A stretch of DNA of 64,000 nucleotides from an uncultured Gardnerella sp. (GTDB lineage: Bacteria; Actinomycetota; Actinomycetes; Actinomycetales; Bifidobacteriaceae), in assembly GCA_947289115.1 (NCBI GenBank), contig CAMYPG010000005.1, forward strand, positions 2,038 through 66,037. Direction: 5' to 3'. Below are positions 1-9,599 of this stretch, in pieces (the first letter of the stretch is position 1; every line of letters starts with the position of its first letter). A model generated the notes under the pieces. That model worked only from the letters and a program-made list of their open reading frames with translations, did not search any database and had not been told where the DNA came from. The translations under genes and the position numbers were made by a program.

Positions 1-769
1 CGCTTCTAAGCTCCAAACCGCGCTGGAACTTGTAGCCAGAATAGTAGCCGTGAATCGCCTTATCTCGCAAAATCAAGCGAATCATATCGGCAGTATTCAT
101 CATCTTGCCGCGAGAAGCAAAATAAAGCGGAAGATAGAATCCCGCGTAAAGAAGAAGCGAAGAAAGCATAGTTGCTGCAATCTTGCGCTTAAGCGGATCT
201 TCGCTCTCGTACTCGCAAAGCACGGTGGTAACGCGCTGCTGCAAAACATCGTTTCCAACAGCCCAACGGTAAGCCTCGTCAATCTCCTCGCTAGAGCAAA
301 GAGTGGAGAAAATAGAGGAGTAGGAGCGCGCGTGAATCGACTGCATAAAAGCAATATTCGTGTAAATAGCCTGCTCGTGCTCCGTGCGAGCGTGCTCAAT
401 CTGGCAAAGCTCGCCAATAGTTGCCTGGCTGGTATCAAGCAAAGTCAAGCCTGTAAAAACGCGAGTAGTGGTCTTGCGCTCAAGATCGGTGAGGGAACGC
501 CAAGAAGGAATATCGTTGCTCAGCGGAACCTTTTCTGGAAGCCAGAAGTTAGCAATAAGGCGATTCCAAACGTCCAAATCCTTGTCGTCAACAATATTAT
601 TCCAATTAACTGGGCGCACGCGAGATCCGTGATGATAGCGGTATTGAGCTGGGGTGATGGAATCTGCCATCATAGCGTCGTCTGCGATTACGCGGTTCGT
701 GCCGAAAGGCTTATCTAAGCTACTGCGAAGTTCTGTTGGATCGAGCGCAGTTGGGCTGAGTTCTGTCAT
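1..769 (-). CDS. nrdF: Ribonucleotide reductase small subunit NrdF, class Ie QSK-type (3' end runs off the window)
   Basis: Absent from the ORF track. Hand translation from ATG 769 (RBS AGGAG upstream) gives MTELSPT...VNWNNIVDDKDLDVWNRLIANFWLPEKVPLSND...GLTLLDT...FMQSIHARSYSSIFST...LRDKAIHGYY. It lies downstream of nrdE. Confidence 0.97.
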   Translation of the reverse strand, partial: MTELSPTALDPTELRSSLDKPFGTNRVIADDAMMADSITPAQYRYHHGSRVRPVNWNNIVDDKDLDVWNRLIANFWLPEKVPLSNDIPSWRSLTDLERKTTTRVFTGLTLLDTSQATIGELCQIEHARTEHEQAIYTNIAFMQSIHARSYSSIFSTLCSSEEIDEAYRWAVGNDVLQQRVTTVLCEYESEDPLKRKIAATMLSSLLLYAGFYLPLYFASRGKMMNTADMIRLILRDKAIHGYYSGYKFQRGLELRS

Positions 770-851
770 AATTACTCCTGATTTTGTGTTTACGTTTTAT
801 AAAATTTTTAAGTTTTTGATTTAATTTGCGAAAGATTTACAACCATAAGGT

Positions 852-3074
852 TTACAGCGTGCAGCTTACGCAACCCTCGATTTCTGTACCTTCCAAAGCC
901 TTCTGGCGAATACGAATGTAGTAAAGAGTCTTAATACCCTTACGCCACGCGTAAATCTGAGCTTTGTTCAAATCGCGAGTAGTCGTAGTGTCTGGGAAGA
1001 ACAAAGTAAGAGACAATCCCTGATCTACATGCTGAGTTGCCTCCGCGTAAGTGTCAATAATTGCCTTCCAACCAATCTCGTAAGCATCCTTAAAGTACTG
1101 CATATTGTCATTCGTCATGTATGCAGCAGGGTAGTAGACGCGGCCAACTTTGCTCTCTTTGCGAATCTCAATGCGAGAAGCAATCGGGTGTATTGAACTC
1201 GTGGAATGGTTTATGTACGATATGGAACCAGTTGGAGGAACAGCCTGCAAATACTCATTGTAAATGCCATCGCGCAAAATCTCGTCGCGCAATTGCTCCC
1301 AATCCGAAACGGTTGGAATTGCAACGTTAAAACGAGCAAACAAATCGCGAACCTTTTGAGTTTTAGGCTCAAGCGAGCGGCTGCCATCAGTGTACTTATC
1401 GAAGTAGTTGCCTTTTCCTGCAGGCTTAGCGTAAGCGCTAGTCTTAAAGCTTGCAAAAGCAGTCCCGCGCTCTACAGCCAAAGCGTGAGAAGCCTTATAA
1501 GCGTGGTAAGCAACCGTCATAAAGTACATGTCTGTAAAGTCAAGAGCTTCCTCGCTTCCGTACTGCATGTGCTCGCGAGCAAGGAAACCGTGCAAATTCA
1601 TTTGACCCAAGCCAATAGCATGGCCCTCTGCGTTTCCGCGACGAATCGAAGGCACGGAATCAATCGAAGTATGCTCCGAAACAGACGTGAGCGCGCGCAC
1701 AGCCAAATCAACGCTTGTATCCAAGTCACCGTCCATCGCCTTAGCAATATTAAGCGAGCCAAGATTGCAAGAAATATCGCGACCAACGTGGCTATAAGAC
1801 AAGTCGGCGTTATAAGTGCTTGCCTCTTGAGTTTGCAAAATCTCGGAGCACAAGTTGCTCATAGTAATGCGGCCTTCAATAGGATTTGTGCGATTTACAG
1901 TATCTTCAAACAAAATGTAAGGGTAGCCAGACTCAAACTGAATCTCCGCAAGCGTCATAAAGAATTCGCGAGCATCAATGTACTTCTTGTGAATGCGAGG
2001 ATTTGCAACCATCTCATCGTAATGCTCAGTAACAGAAATGTCTGCAAAAGGCTTGCCATATTCGCGCTCAACGTCGTAAGGGCTAAACAAAGCCATCTTT
2101 TCCTTACGCTTAGCAAGCTCAAAAGTAATATCTGGAATCACAACACCCAAAGAAAGCGACTTAATACGAATCTTCTCGTCCGCGTTCTCGCGCTTAGTGT
2201 CAAGGAAACGCATAATATCTGGGTGGTGAGCGCTAATATACACGGCACCAGCGCCCTGACGAGCGCCAAGCTGATTAGCATAAGAGAATGAATCTTCCAA
2301 AAGCTTCATAACAGGCACAACGCCACTCGACTGATTTTCGATGCGCTTAATAGGAGCACCAAGCTCGCGCAAATTCGTAAGAAGCAGAGCCACGCCGCCG
2401 CCGCGCTTAGAAAGCTGCAAAGCAGAGTTAATTCCGCGTGCAATAGACTCCATATTATCTTCCAAACGCACGAGGAAGCAGCTCACAGCCTCTCCGCGCT
2501 GAGCTTTACCAAGATTCAAGAACGTTGGAGTGGCTGGCTGGAATCGGCCTGCAAGCATCTCGTCCAAATAGTTGAGCGCTGCTTTTTCGTCTCCGTCTGC
2601 AAGTTCCAAAGCGACTGCAGCTGCGCGCTGAGCGAAGTTTTCCAAATATTGCTTGCCGTCGAAAGTCTTCAAAGCGTAAGAAGTGTAGAACTTAAAAGCA
2701 CCCAAGAATGTGCCAAAAGTGTGGTGAGCAGATTCCGCGTGCTCGTAGAACTTATCTAGAAACTCGCTGCTATACTTGCCGAACACGTTTCCGTTGTAGT
2801 AGTAGTTGCTAATCAAATAGTTCAAGCGCTCATGAGTTGAAGCAAACTTCATGCTGTGTTCTTGCACGTAACCCGAAACGTAAAGCTTTTCTGCTTCCTG
2901 ATCTTTATCAAACTGAATACCTTTTTCTGGGTCGAAAAGACCGAGCATAGCGTTAAGAACGTGGTAGTCGCGGCTGTTGCGAATGCGCTCTGCTGTGCTG
3001 CTAGCAGTGTTGGTGTCGTCAGTGTGATCAAGATTAAGCGAAGTAGATTCGCTCATCGGATCCGTGCTATTCAT
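852..3074 (-). CDS. nrdE: Ribonucleotide reductase large subunit NrdE
   Basis: [36 protein letters not shown] motifs and C-terminal CVSC. Confidence 0.98.
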   Translation of the reverse strand: MNSTDPMSESTSLNLDHTDDTNTASSTAERIRNSRDYHVLNAMLGLFDPEKGIQFDKDQEAEKLYVSGYVQEHSMKFASTHERLNYLISNYYYNGNVFGKYSSEFLDKFYEHAESAHHTFGTFLGAFKFYTSYALKTFDGKQYLENFAQRAAAVALELADGDEKAALNYLDEMLAGRFQPATPTFLNLGKAQRGEAVSCFLVRLEDNMESIARGINSALQLSKRGGGVALLLTNLRELGAPIKRIENQSSGVVPVMKLLEDSFSYANQLGARQGAGAVYISAHHPDIMRFLDTKRENADEKIRIKSLSLGVVIPDITFELAKRKEKMALFSPYDVEREYGKPFADISVTEHYDEMVANPRIHKKYIDAREFFMTLAEIQFESGYPYILFEDTVNRTNPIEGRITMSNLCSEILQTQEASTYNADLSYSHVGRDISCNLGSLNIAKAMDGDLDTSVDLAVRALTSVSEHTSIDSVPSIRRGNAEGHAIGLGQMNLHGFLAREHMQYGSEEALDFTDMYFMTVAYHAYKASHALAVERGTAFASFKTSAYAKPAGKGNYFDKYTDGSRSLEPKTQKVRDLFARFNVAIPTVSDWEQLRDEILRDGIYNEYLQAVPPTGSISYINHSTSSIHPIASRIEIRKESKVGRVYYPAAYMTNDNMQYFKDAYEIGWKAIIDTYAEATQHVDQGLSLTLFFPDTTTTRDLNKAQIYAWRKGIKTLYYIRIRQKALEGTEIEGCVSCTL

Positions 3075-3155
3075 GGTGTTTATTCCTTTCCTCGTGCGTT
3101 AGTTTTGCTTTTCAAACGCTGTTTTTTGTTGATTTTGTTGATTTTGTTTATTTGT

Positions 3156-3656
3156 TTATTTCGTTTCTTCTGTTTCTTTTAATTGCCTTAAAAATTTTGG
3201 TATTCCCTGCGCTACTTTTTCTATATCTTCTGCAGTTCCTGTAAGTTCAAACGAATACATATTTGGGATTGCGCATTTTCCAGCGATTTGACCGCCTGCA
3301 GCGCAATATGCATCTCCAAAATTCGTATTTCCAGAAGATATTACGCCGCGAATAAACGAACGATTTTCGCGATTATTTAGGAATTTGCGCACTTGCATTG
3401 GTATTGCTTTAGATATGTTTCCTCCGCCGTAAGTCGGTACAATCAAAACGTATGGCTCGCGCACGTGCAATTCTGGCTCTTTTGGTCGAAGCGGTATGCG
3501 ATATACGTTCACATTGTTGCTTGGAAAATCGCAATTTTTCACGAATCGTAGTGTGTTTTCGGAGACGGAAGAAAAATAGACTACAGCTCCGATTGATTCG
3601 CCTTGTGCGCGCGCTTCTGGCTCGCTTGGTTGTGACATATTTTCTTGATCACACAT
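3156..3656 (-). CDS. nrdI: Flavodoxin-like RNR activase NrdI
   Basis: [17 protein letters not shown] and SGNTNFG motifs; operon position. Confidence 0.96.
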   Translation of the reverse strand: MCDQENMSQPSEPEARAQGESIGAVVYFSSVSENTLRFVKNCDFPSNNVNVYRIPLRPKEPELHVREPYVLIVPTYGGGNISKAIPMQVRKFLNNRENRSFIRGVISSGNTNFGDAYCAAGGQIAGKCAIPNMYSFELTGTAEDIEKVAQGIPKFLRQLKETEETK

Positions 3657-3722
3657 TTTTATGCTTCTTGATTGCTTTGATTATTTTGATTGTTGATTGT
3701 TTATTCTTGATTGTTGATTGCT

Positions 3723-3983
3723 TTAATTATTTTTATTGCTTTGATTTTCGTCTTCTAGTTGGCTTGCGATTTGCGCAATCAAATCTGGGCGATACCCACT
3801 CCACGACGAGTTTGGAGTAATCACCACTGGCGCTTGGCGATATCCTGCTGCGCGCAATTGGTCTAAAGTAGAAGGGCTTTGAGTTAAATCTACTGTTTCA
3901 AAATTCACGCCTAGCTTAGTGAATTGACGCTTTGTGGCATCGCACTGCGGGCAATGTGGCTTTGTGAAAACTGTAATAGTCAC
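3723..3983 (-). CDS. nrdH: Glutaredoxin-like NrdH
   Basis: CPQC and WSGYRPD motifs; first gene of nrdHIEF. Confidence 0.96.
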   Translation of the reverse strand: MTITVFTKPHCPQCDATKRQFTKLGVNFETVDLTQSPSTLDQLRAAGYRQAPVVITPNSSWSGYRPDLIAQIASQLEDENQSNKNN

Positions 3984-4081
3984 GGTTCGTCTCCCTTCGT
4001 TATGTGGTGTTTAAATCTTTTTGTTTGATGATTATTTAAGTTTGTGCTTTTTGGCACGATTTAACAGTCTACTACCACTTA

Positions 4082-4129
4082 ACACTATTTATAGTGGCGT
4101 GTTGTATGTCTAATCCCTATATTTAGTGT
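4082..4129. promoter_or_regulatory. Tandem NrdR boxes
   Basis: ACACTATTTATAGTGG (4082-4097) and TCCCTATATTTAGTGT (4114-4129) match acaCwAtATaTwGtgt. They start 32 bp apart, upstream of nrdH. Confidence 0.85.
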
Positions 4130-4415
4130 GCCCAAATTTTTGGCTATCACGCGTGTCTATAAGATTTAAGCGGTATTTATGTTTTTTTAATAGCGACTAA
4201 TAAAAGTAAAAATGTAATCTTTATCACAAAATCGCGATTAACGCGTGGGTTATGTCGTAGGTTTTGTGATCGTATGAATGACGCTTGTGCATATAGGTAG
4301 ATAAACTTAAAAAAGTGTGTTTTGATTGGTTAAGTGTTAAAAATAAAGCAATCATAAAATAATAAAACGGTTATAAATATTACGGTTATAAATATTAAAA
4401 GATAGAGGTGTCATT

Positions 4416-5870
4416 ATGACGGAAGCCCAGGCAAATATTGGCGTTGTTGGTTTAGCGGCTATGGGGTCGAATTTAGCGAGAAATCTTGCACATCACGGTA
4501 ATACAGTTGCTGTTTACAATCGTCATTATTCACGCACCGAAACTTTAATGAATGAGCACGGCAGTGAAGGTGCTTTCGTTCCTGCTAAAACTGTTGAAGA
4601 ATTTGTGTCTTCGCTTAAGCGTCCACGCACTGCAATCATTATGGTAAAAGCTGGTGCTCCTACAGACGCTGTTATTGAAGAGCTTGCAAACGCTATGGAG
4701 CCAGGAGATATTATTGTTGACGGCGGAAACTCCTACTTTGAAGACACAATTCGCAGAGAGCGTAACATTCGCGCGCGCGGTCTTCACTACGTTGGTTGCG
4801 GTGTTTCTGGTGGCGAAGAAGGCGCGCTTCGCGGTCCTTCTATGATGCCAGGTGGCACGGAGGAGTCTTGGAAGACTCTTGGCCCTATTTTAAAGTCGAT
4901 TGCAGCTGTTGCAGAAGGCGAGCCTTGCGTAACTCATATTGGCACTGATGGCGCTGGCCACTTTGTAAAGATGGTTCACAACGGTATTGAGTACTCGGAT
5001 ATGCAGCTTATTGCCGAAAGCTACGATTTAATGCTTCGCGGCTTGGGTATGAAGTCTGAAGACATTGCAGATGTGTTTAGCGAGTGGAATAAGGGCGAGC
5101 TTGATTCTTATTTGATTGAGATTACGGCGGATGTTTTGCGACAGAAGGATGCTAAGACTGGTAAGCCTTTGGTTGAGATGATGGTGGATCACGCTGGTAT
5201 GAAGGGCACGGGTACTTGGACTGTGCAGTCTGCGCTTTCTCTCGGAATACCTGTAACGGGTATTGCTGAAGCTGTGTTTGCTCGCGGACTCTCAAGCCAA
5301 GTTGCTTTGCGTGAAGCTGCCGAAAGCCAAGGTTTGACTGGCCCAGATATGCATTTTGATTTTAGCGATTCTGAGCGCAAGGCGTTTATTGAGGATATTC
5401 GCCAAGCTTTGTACGCTTCTAAGATTGTTTCTTACGCTCAGGGATTCGACGAGATTGCAGCTGCTGCAATTGAGCATGATTGGAAGATCGACCAGGCTGC
5501 TGTTGCTCGCATTTGGCGAGGCGGATGCATTATTCGTGCACAATTCTTAAACCGCGTTTCCGAGGCTGTTGAATCTGGGCAGGCAAGTGTTTCCTTGATT
5601 TTTGCTCCTTACTTTAAGGATGCTATTGAAAAGTCTCAGGCTGCTTGGCGCCGTGTTATTGCGCGCGCAGTTGAGCACGGGGTTCCTGTGCCAGCATTCT
5701 CTAGCTTGCTCGCATACTACGATGGCTTGCGTTCCAAGCGTTTGCCAGCTTCGCTTATTCAGGCTCAGCGCGATTTCTTCGGCGCTCACACTTACGGTCG
5801 TATTGACGAGCCAGGAGTATTCCACACTTTGTGGGCAGAGCCTAATCGCCCAGAAGTAAAGCAGGATTAA
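4416..5870 (+). CDS. gnd: 6-phosphogluconate dehydrogenase (decarboxylating)
   Basis: GLAAMG nucleotide-binding loop, SGGEEGA, VKMVHNGIEY, QAQRDFFGAHTY. Confidence 0.98.
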   Translation: MTEAQANIGVVGLAAMGSNLARNLAHHGNTVAVYNRHYSRTETLMNEHGSEGAFVPAKTVEEFVSSLKRPRTAIIMVKAGAPTDAVIEELANAMEPGDIIVDGGNSYFEDTIRRERNIRARGLHYVGCGVSGGEEGALRGPSMMPGGTEESWKTLGPILKSIAAVAEGEPCVTHIGTDGAGHFVKMVHNGIEYSDMQLIAESYDLMLRGLGMKSEDIADVFSEWNKGELDSYLIEITADVLRQKDAKTGKPLVEMMVDHAGMKGTGTWTVQSALSLGIPVTGIAEAVFARGLSSQVALREAAESQGLTGPDMHFDFSDSERKAFIEDIRQALYASKIVSYAQGFDEIAAAAIEHDWKIDQAAVARIWRGGCIIRAQFLNRVSEAVESGQASVSLIFAPYFKDAIEKSQAAWRRVIARAVEHGVPVPAFSSLLAYYDGLRSKRLPASLIQAQRDFFGAHTYGRIDEPGVFHTLWAEPNRPEVKQD

Positions 5871-6117
5871 ATCAAAATAATATTTATAACTAACATGCCT
5901 TTGCATTATTATGCAGAGGCATGTACTCTATTCTGCTCTTTTTTAGCATATTTTATTGCTGAATTTTACTAATATTCTTAAATTGATTGATTTCCTTGAT
6001 ATTTCAATGGTTTTATGAAGATTTTCCCAAATGCGCCATGTTTTAAACATGCTATTTTCGCATTTGCGCCAATTTATGTAGCGCATTTAATTTTTGACTT
6101 GCTGAATATTATGCAGA

Positions 6118-6939
6118 TTACTGAATTGCGGCATGCAAAGTTTCTGCGGTGGTTAGCCATGCTATTTCTTCCGTGCCGTTGGCAAAAGACGCAGGATAAT
6201 CTGGGTTATTATCCGAAGAAAGCGCGTTCATTAAAGCTTTTCCTTTTTGCTCTCCAGCCGTTAAGAACCAAGTGCGGCGGCTATGAGCTAGCACGGGTGC
6301 GCTAAGAGTTAATCTCATTGGCGGTTGCTTAGGGGAGTGATTCACGCCTAAAACTATGCGATCGCGATTATGAATTTGCGGCAATCCTGGGAAAAGTGAA
6401 GCCATATGTGCGTCTGGTCCCATGCCAAGAATTGCCAAATCAAACACAGGCTCTTTGCCTAGTAAGCCTATAATTTCTTCTTCGTAATCGCGTGCTGCTG
6501 CGTCTAAAATCGCATTGTTTTCAGCATCGCTAGCATTTGCCACTTCTTGCGCATTGCGATCATCTGCAGGCATTTCGTGAATATGAGACTCCTGCAAAAC
6601 TTTGTGATCGCTAAGCATATTAAGAAGTAGCTCGCGAGCCTTGAGCGCATTGCGATCGTCGCTGTTATAAGCTACAAAACGTTCATCTGCCCACCAAATA
6701 TGAACATTGGACCAGTTGATTGCTGGAAGCAATGGGTTGCTAGCTAACATTTGAAACATGCGAATAGAATCTGTTCCACCTGTTAGCAAAAGATGGAATG
6801 GCTTATTAAGATTTTCAACATTGTTTTGCCATTGCATAATCAAAGTCACAAGTTTTTGCGCAGCAACAGCAGCTAGAATATCTTGATTATCGTAGCCGTA
6901 CACTGTTGCGTTATGCGCAAATCTAAAATCTTCAGCCAT
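6118..6939 (-). CDS. pgl: 6-phosphogluconolactonase
   Basis: LTGG, DERFV and LGMGPDAHMASLFP motifs; zwf-opcA-pgl order. Confidence 0.93.
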   Translation of the reverse strand: MAEDFRFAHNATVYGYDNQDILAAVAAQKLVTLIMQWQNNVENLNKPFHLLLTGGTDSIRMFQMLASNPLLPAINWSNVHIWWADERFVAYNSDDRNALKARELLLNMLSDHKVLQESHIHEMPADDRNAQEVANASDAENNAILDAAARDYEEEIIGLLGKEPVFDLAILGMGPDAHMASLFPGLPQIHNRDRIVLGVNHSPKQPPMRLTLSAPVLAHSRRTWFLTAGEQKGKALMNALSSDNNPDYPASFANGTEEIAWLTTAETLHAAIQ

Positions 6940-6972
6940 AATGAATCCTTTTATTATTTTTTACCCATTGTA

Positions 6973-7926
6973 TTAAAGTTCGTTATCTTGCATTGTGCAA
7001 CAATCTGCGTGAACAAGTTGAGCATAGATCTCGTCTGGATCGATTCTACGCAACTCCTCACTCAAGCAATCTTCTAAAGATCTAATTGGCATTGCAATTG
7101 GCTGTGTTGCTTGTCCTGGAAGACTTATCATTGCTTGTTCTTCTCCAGAAGGACGAGTCAAAGAGAGCACGCCATCTTGTCTTTTAAGACTTACCTCCGT
7201 AATTGCATGCGCGCTCGAATCCTCAACAATTTCAACAGGAACATTAAGCGATATTTTTAGCCATTGTGCGAGCAAATGCATCGGAACATAATGCTTTGGA
7301 CCGCTAACCTTAGCACTAATAACAGGTAAATGCGGAGGCTGATCAAGCATAGAAGCTAGCATTGCACGCCAAGGAGTAAGACGAGTCCAAGAAAGATCAA
7401 CATCTTTAGAAGACCAGTTTTTGCGCAAATTTTTCACAGTTTCAAGAGTATTGTCCGCATTTTGAGCATCAGTGATTCTGCTACTTGCCATAGTTCCAAG
7501 CAAGTCCTTAGCAGGATTTTCTGGTGCATTTGTAGGCCACCACGCAACAATCGGCGCGTCTGGAACAAGCAGAGGAATAACAAGCGTATCTGGATGTCGA
7601 ACTAAGCCATTATGAGGGTAGAGAATAATGATTTCCCCAGCTCCAGCATCTGCGCCAAAGCGTACTTGCGCGTCTAAGTTTGGCGTTTCTTCGCTTTGTG
7701 AATCTGCTATATTGACTCGTGATTCGCGAACAATGGCAATAACTCTACAAGGGTGTTCGCGACTAGCTGCATTTGCTGCTCCCAGTGCGTTTTCAAGATC
7801 TTTAAGAGTGGTGTCAATAAGAAGAGTTAGCACGCGTCCAGTTGCAGATTCTCCACGCTCTTCGTGAAGCTCGTCGATTTTTGCAGAGATTTTAGACGTG
7901 TTTGTGTTAGGAAGATTAATAATCAT
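6973..7926 (-). CDS. opcA: G6PDH assembly protein OpcA
   Basis: SREHPCRVI, LLVPDAPIVAWWP and DLSWTRLTPWR motifs; ATGA overlap with the zwf stop. Confidence 0.93.
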   Translation of the reverse strand: MIINLPNTNTSKISAKIDELHEERGESATGRVLTLLIDTTLKDLENALGAANAASREHPCRVIAIVRESRVNIADSQSEETPNLDAQVRFGADAGAGEIIILYPHNGLVRHPDTLVIPLLVPDAPIVAWWPTNAPENPAKDLLGTMASSRITDAQNADNTLETVKNLRKNWSSKDVDLSWTRLTPWRAMLASMLDQPPHLPVISAKVSGPKHYVPMHLLAQWLKISLNVPVEIVEDSSAHAITEVSLKRQDGVLSLTRPSGEEQAMISLPGQATQPIAMPIRSLEDCLSEELRRIDPDEIYAQLVHADCCTMQDNEL

Positions 7927-9503
7927 GGCAGCCTCCAATGGCGATTATCGCGAGCAAGCATAGCGTCAGCTTCCGCTGGACCCCACGTTCCAGCACGGTA
8001 TGGCTGAGGCTGTGTACCAAGCGAACTCCAAAAATCTTCAATAGGATCTAAGATTTTCCAACTTAAATCAACTTCTTGTGTAGTTGGGAAAAGCGGTGGC
8101 TCGCCAAGTAAAACGTCTAGAATAAGGCGCTCGTAGGCTTCTGGAGAGTTTTCTGTAAAAGATCTTCCATAACTAAAGTCCATAGAAACATCGCGAACTT
8201 CCATAGATGTTCCGCCTGGCACTTTTGCGCCAAATCGCATTGTTACGCCTTCATCTGGCTGAACGCGAATCACAATCGCATTACTACCAAGTTCGCGCAC
8301 AGCAGTGGACTCAAAAGGCAAGTGTGGAGCGCGCTTAAAAATCACGGCAATCTCTGTAACGCGCTTTCCTAAGCGCTTTCCGGTTCGCAAATAGAACGGA
8401 ACTCCAGCCCAGCGACGAGTGTCTACGTCTAAACGCACGGCAGCGTATGTTTCCGTAGTGCTATCCGGGCTAATTCCTTGCTCTTGCAAATATCCAACGG
8501 CTTTATACGATCCTTGCCAACCTTCTGCGTATTGACCTCTCGCAGTATTTGTTGCTAAATCTTTAGGCAAGCGTATAGCAGACAAGACCTTAGTTTTTTC
8601 AGCCGTCAAGTCACTAGCACTAAAACTTACTGGCTCTTCCATAGCAGTAAGAGCCATTAGTTGCAGCAGATGATTTTGAATAACATCTCTGGCTGCTCCA
8701 ATCCCATCATAATATCCAGCTCTGCCGCCTATGCCAATATCTTCTGCCATAGTAATCTGCACGTGGTCAACATAATTAGCGTTCCAAATTGGCTCATACA
8801 TTGCATTTGCAAAACGAAAAGCCAGCAAATTTTGCACAGTTTCTTTGCCTAAATAGTGGTCTATGCGGAATACAGAATTAGGGTCAAAAACTTCGGAAAC
8901 TACGCGATCCAACTCTTGTGCGCTTGTTAAATCGTGACCAAAAGGTTTTTCTATTATCACTCGTCTCCACGCGTTTTCGGAGGAATGTGAAAGCCCCGAT
9001 GCTGCTAACTGCTGTGCCACAACAGGGAAGCTAGAAGGCGGAACCGACATGTAAAACGCGTGATTTCCGCGAGTTCCGCGATCTCTGTCTAGCTCGCTTA
9101 CGGTTTTGCTTAAGCGCTCAAATGCGCTTGCGTCGTCGAATGTTCCGCGAACAAAACGTATGCCTTTAGCAAGGTTAATCCATGTTGATTCACGAAATGG
9201 TGTGCGGCAATGTTGTTGAATATTTTCACGCACAAAGTTTACAAAATGTTCATCTGTCCAGTCGCGTCTTGCGAAGCCCGTTAAACCAAATCCAGGTGGT
9301 AAAAGCCCTCGATTCGCCAAATCGTATACGGCTGGCATAAGTTTTTTGCGCGCTAAATCGCCAGTAATTCCGAATATTACTAAACTACATGGTCCTGCAA
9401 TACGAGCCAAACGCAAGTCTCGTGGATCGTGTAGCGGATTTTTCCAAGCTGTTGTTTCTTCGCTATGCGCAGTCGAGCATATTGTGGTTCTTAATTCAGT
9501 CAT
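7923..9503 (-). CDS. zwf: Glucose-6-phosphate 1-dehydrogenase
   Basis: GITGDLARKK, EKPFG and RIDHYLGKE motifs. Start placed at ATG 9503; the ORF track starts at 9542. Confidence 0.97.
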   Translation of the reverse strand: MTELRTTICSTAHSEETTAWKNPLHDPRDLRLARIAGPCSLVIFGITGDLARKKLMPAVYDLANRGLLPPGFGLTGFARRDWTDEHFVNFVRENIQQHCRTPFRESTWINLAKGIRFVRGTFDDASAFERLSKTVSELDRDRGTRGNHAFYMSVPPSSFPVVAQQLAASGLSHSSENAWRRVIIEKPFGHDLTSAQELDRVVSEVFDPNSVFRIDHYLGKETVQNLLAFRFANAMYEPIWNANYVDHVQITMAEDIGIGGRAGYYDGIGAARDVIQNHLLQLMALTAMEEPVSFSASDLTAEKTKVLSAIRLPKDLATNTARGQYAEGWQGSYKAVGYLQEQGISPDSTTETYAAVRLDVDTRRWAGVPFYLRTGKRLGKRVTEIAVIFKRAPHLPFESTAVRELGSNAIVIRVQPDEGVTMRFGAKVPGGTSMEVRDVSMDFSYGRSFTENSPEAYERLILDVLLGEPPLFPTTQEVDLSWKILDPIEDFWSSLGTQPQPYRAGTWGPAEADAMLARDNRHWRLP

Positions 9504-9599
9504 GTATACCATCGTAATGTTTCGACTTGATTTGCTGCGCATGGCTTACCAGGATTTGCGCAGGACTTACCATGATTCTCACTAGGATTTACCAGTAAA

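Noticed and set aside
50..718. 222-aa plus-strand ORF and 100..438 minus-strand ORF
   Set aside because: Shadow frames of nrdF; no recognisable motifs.
1206..2291. 361-aa plus-strand ORF
   Set aside because: Antisense shadow of nrdE.
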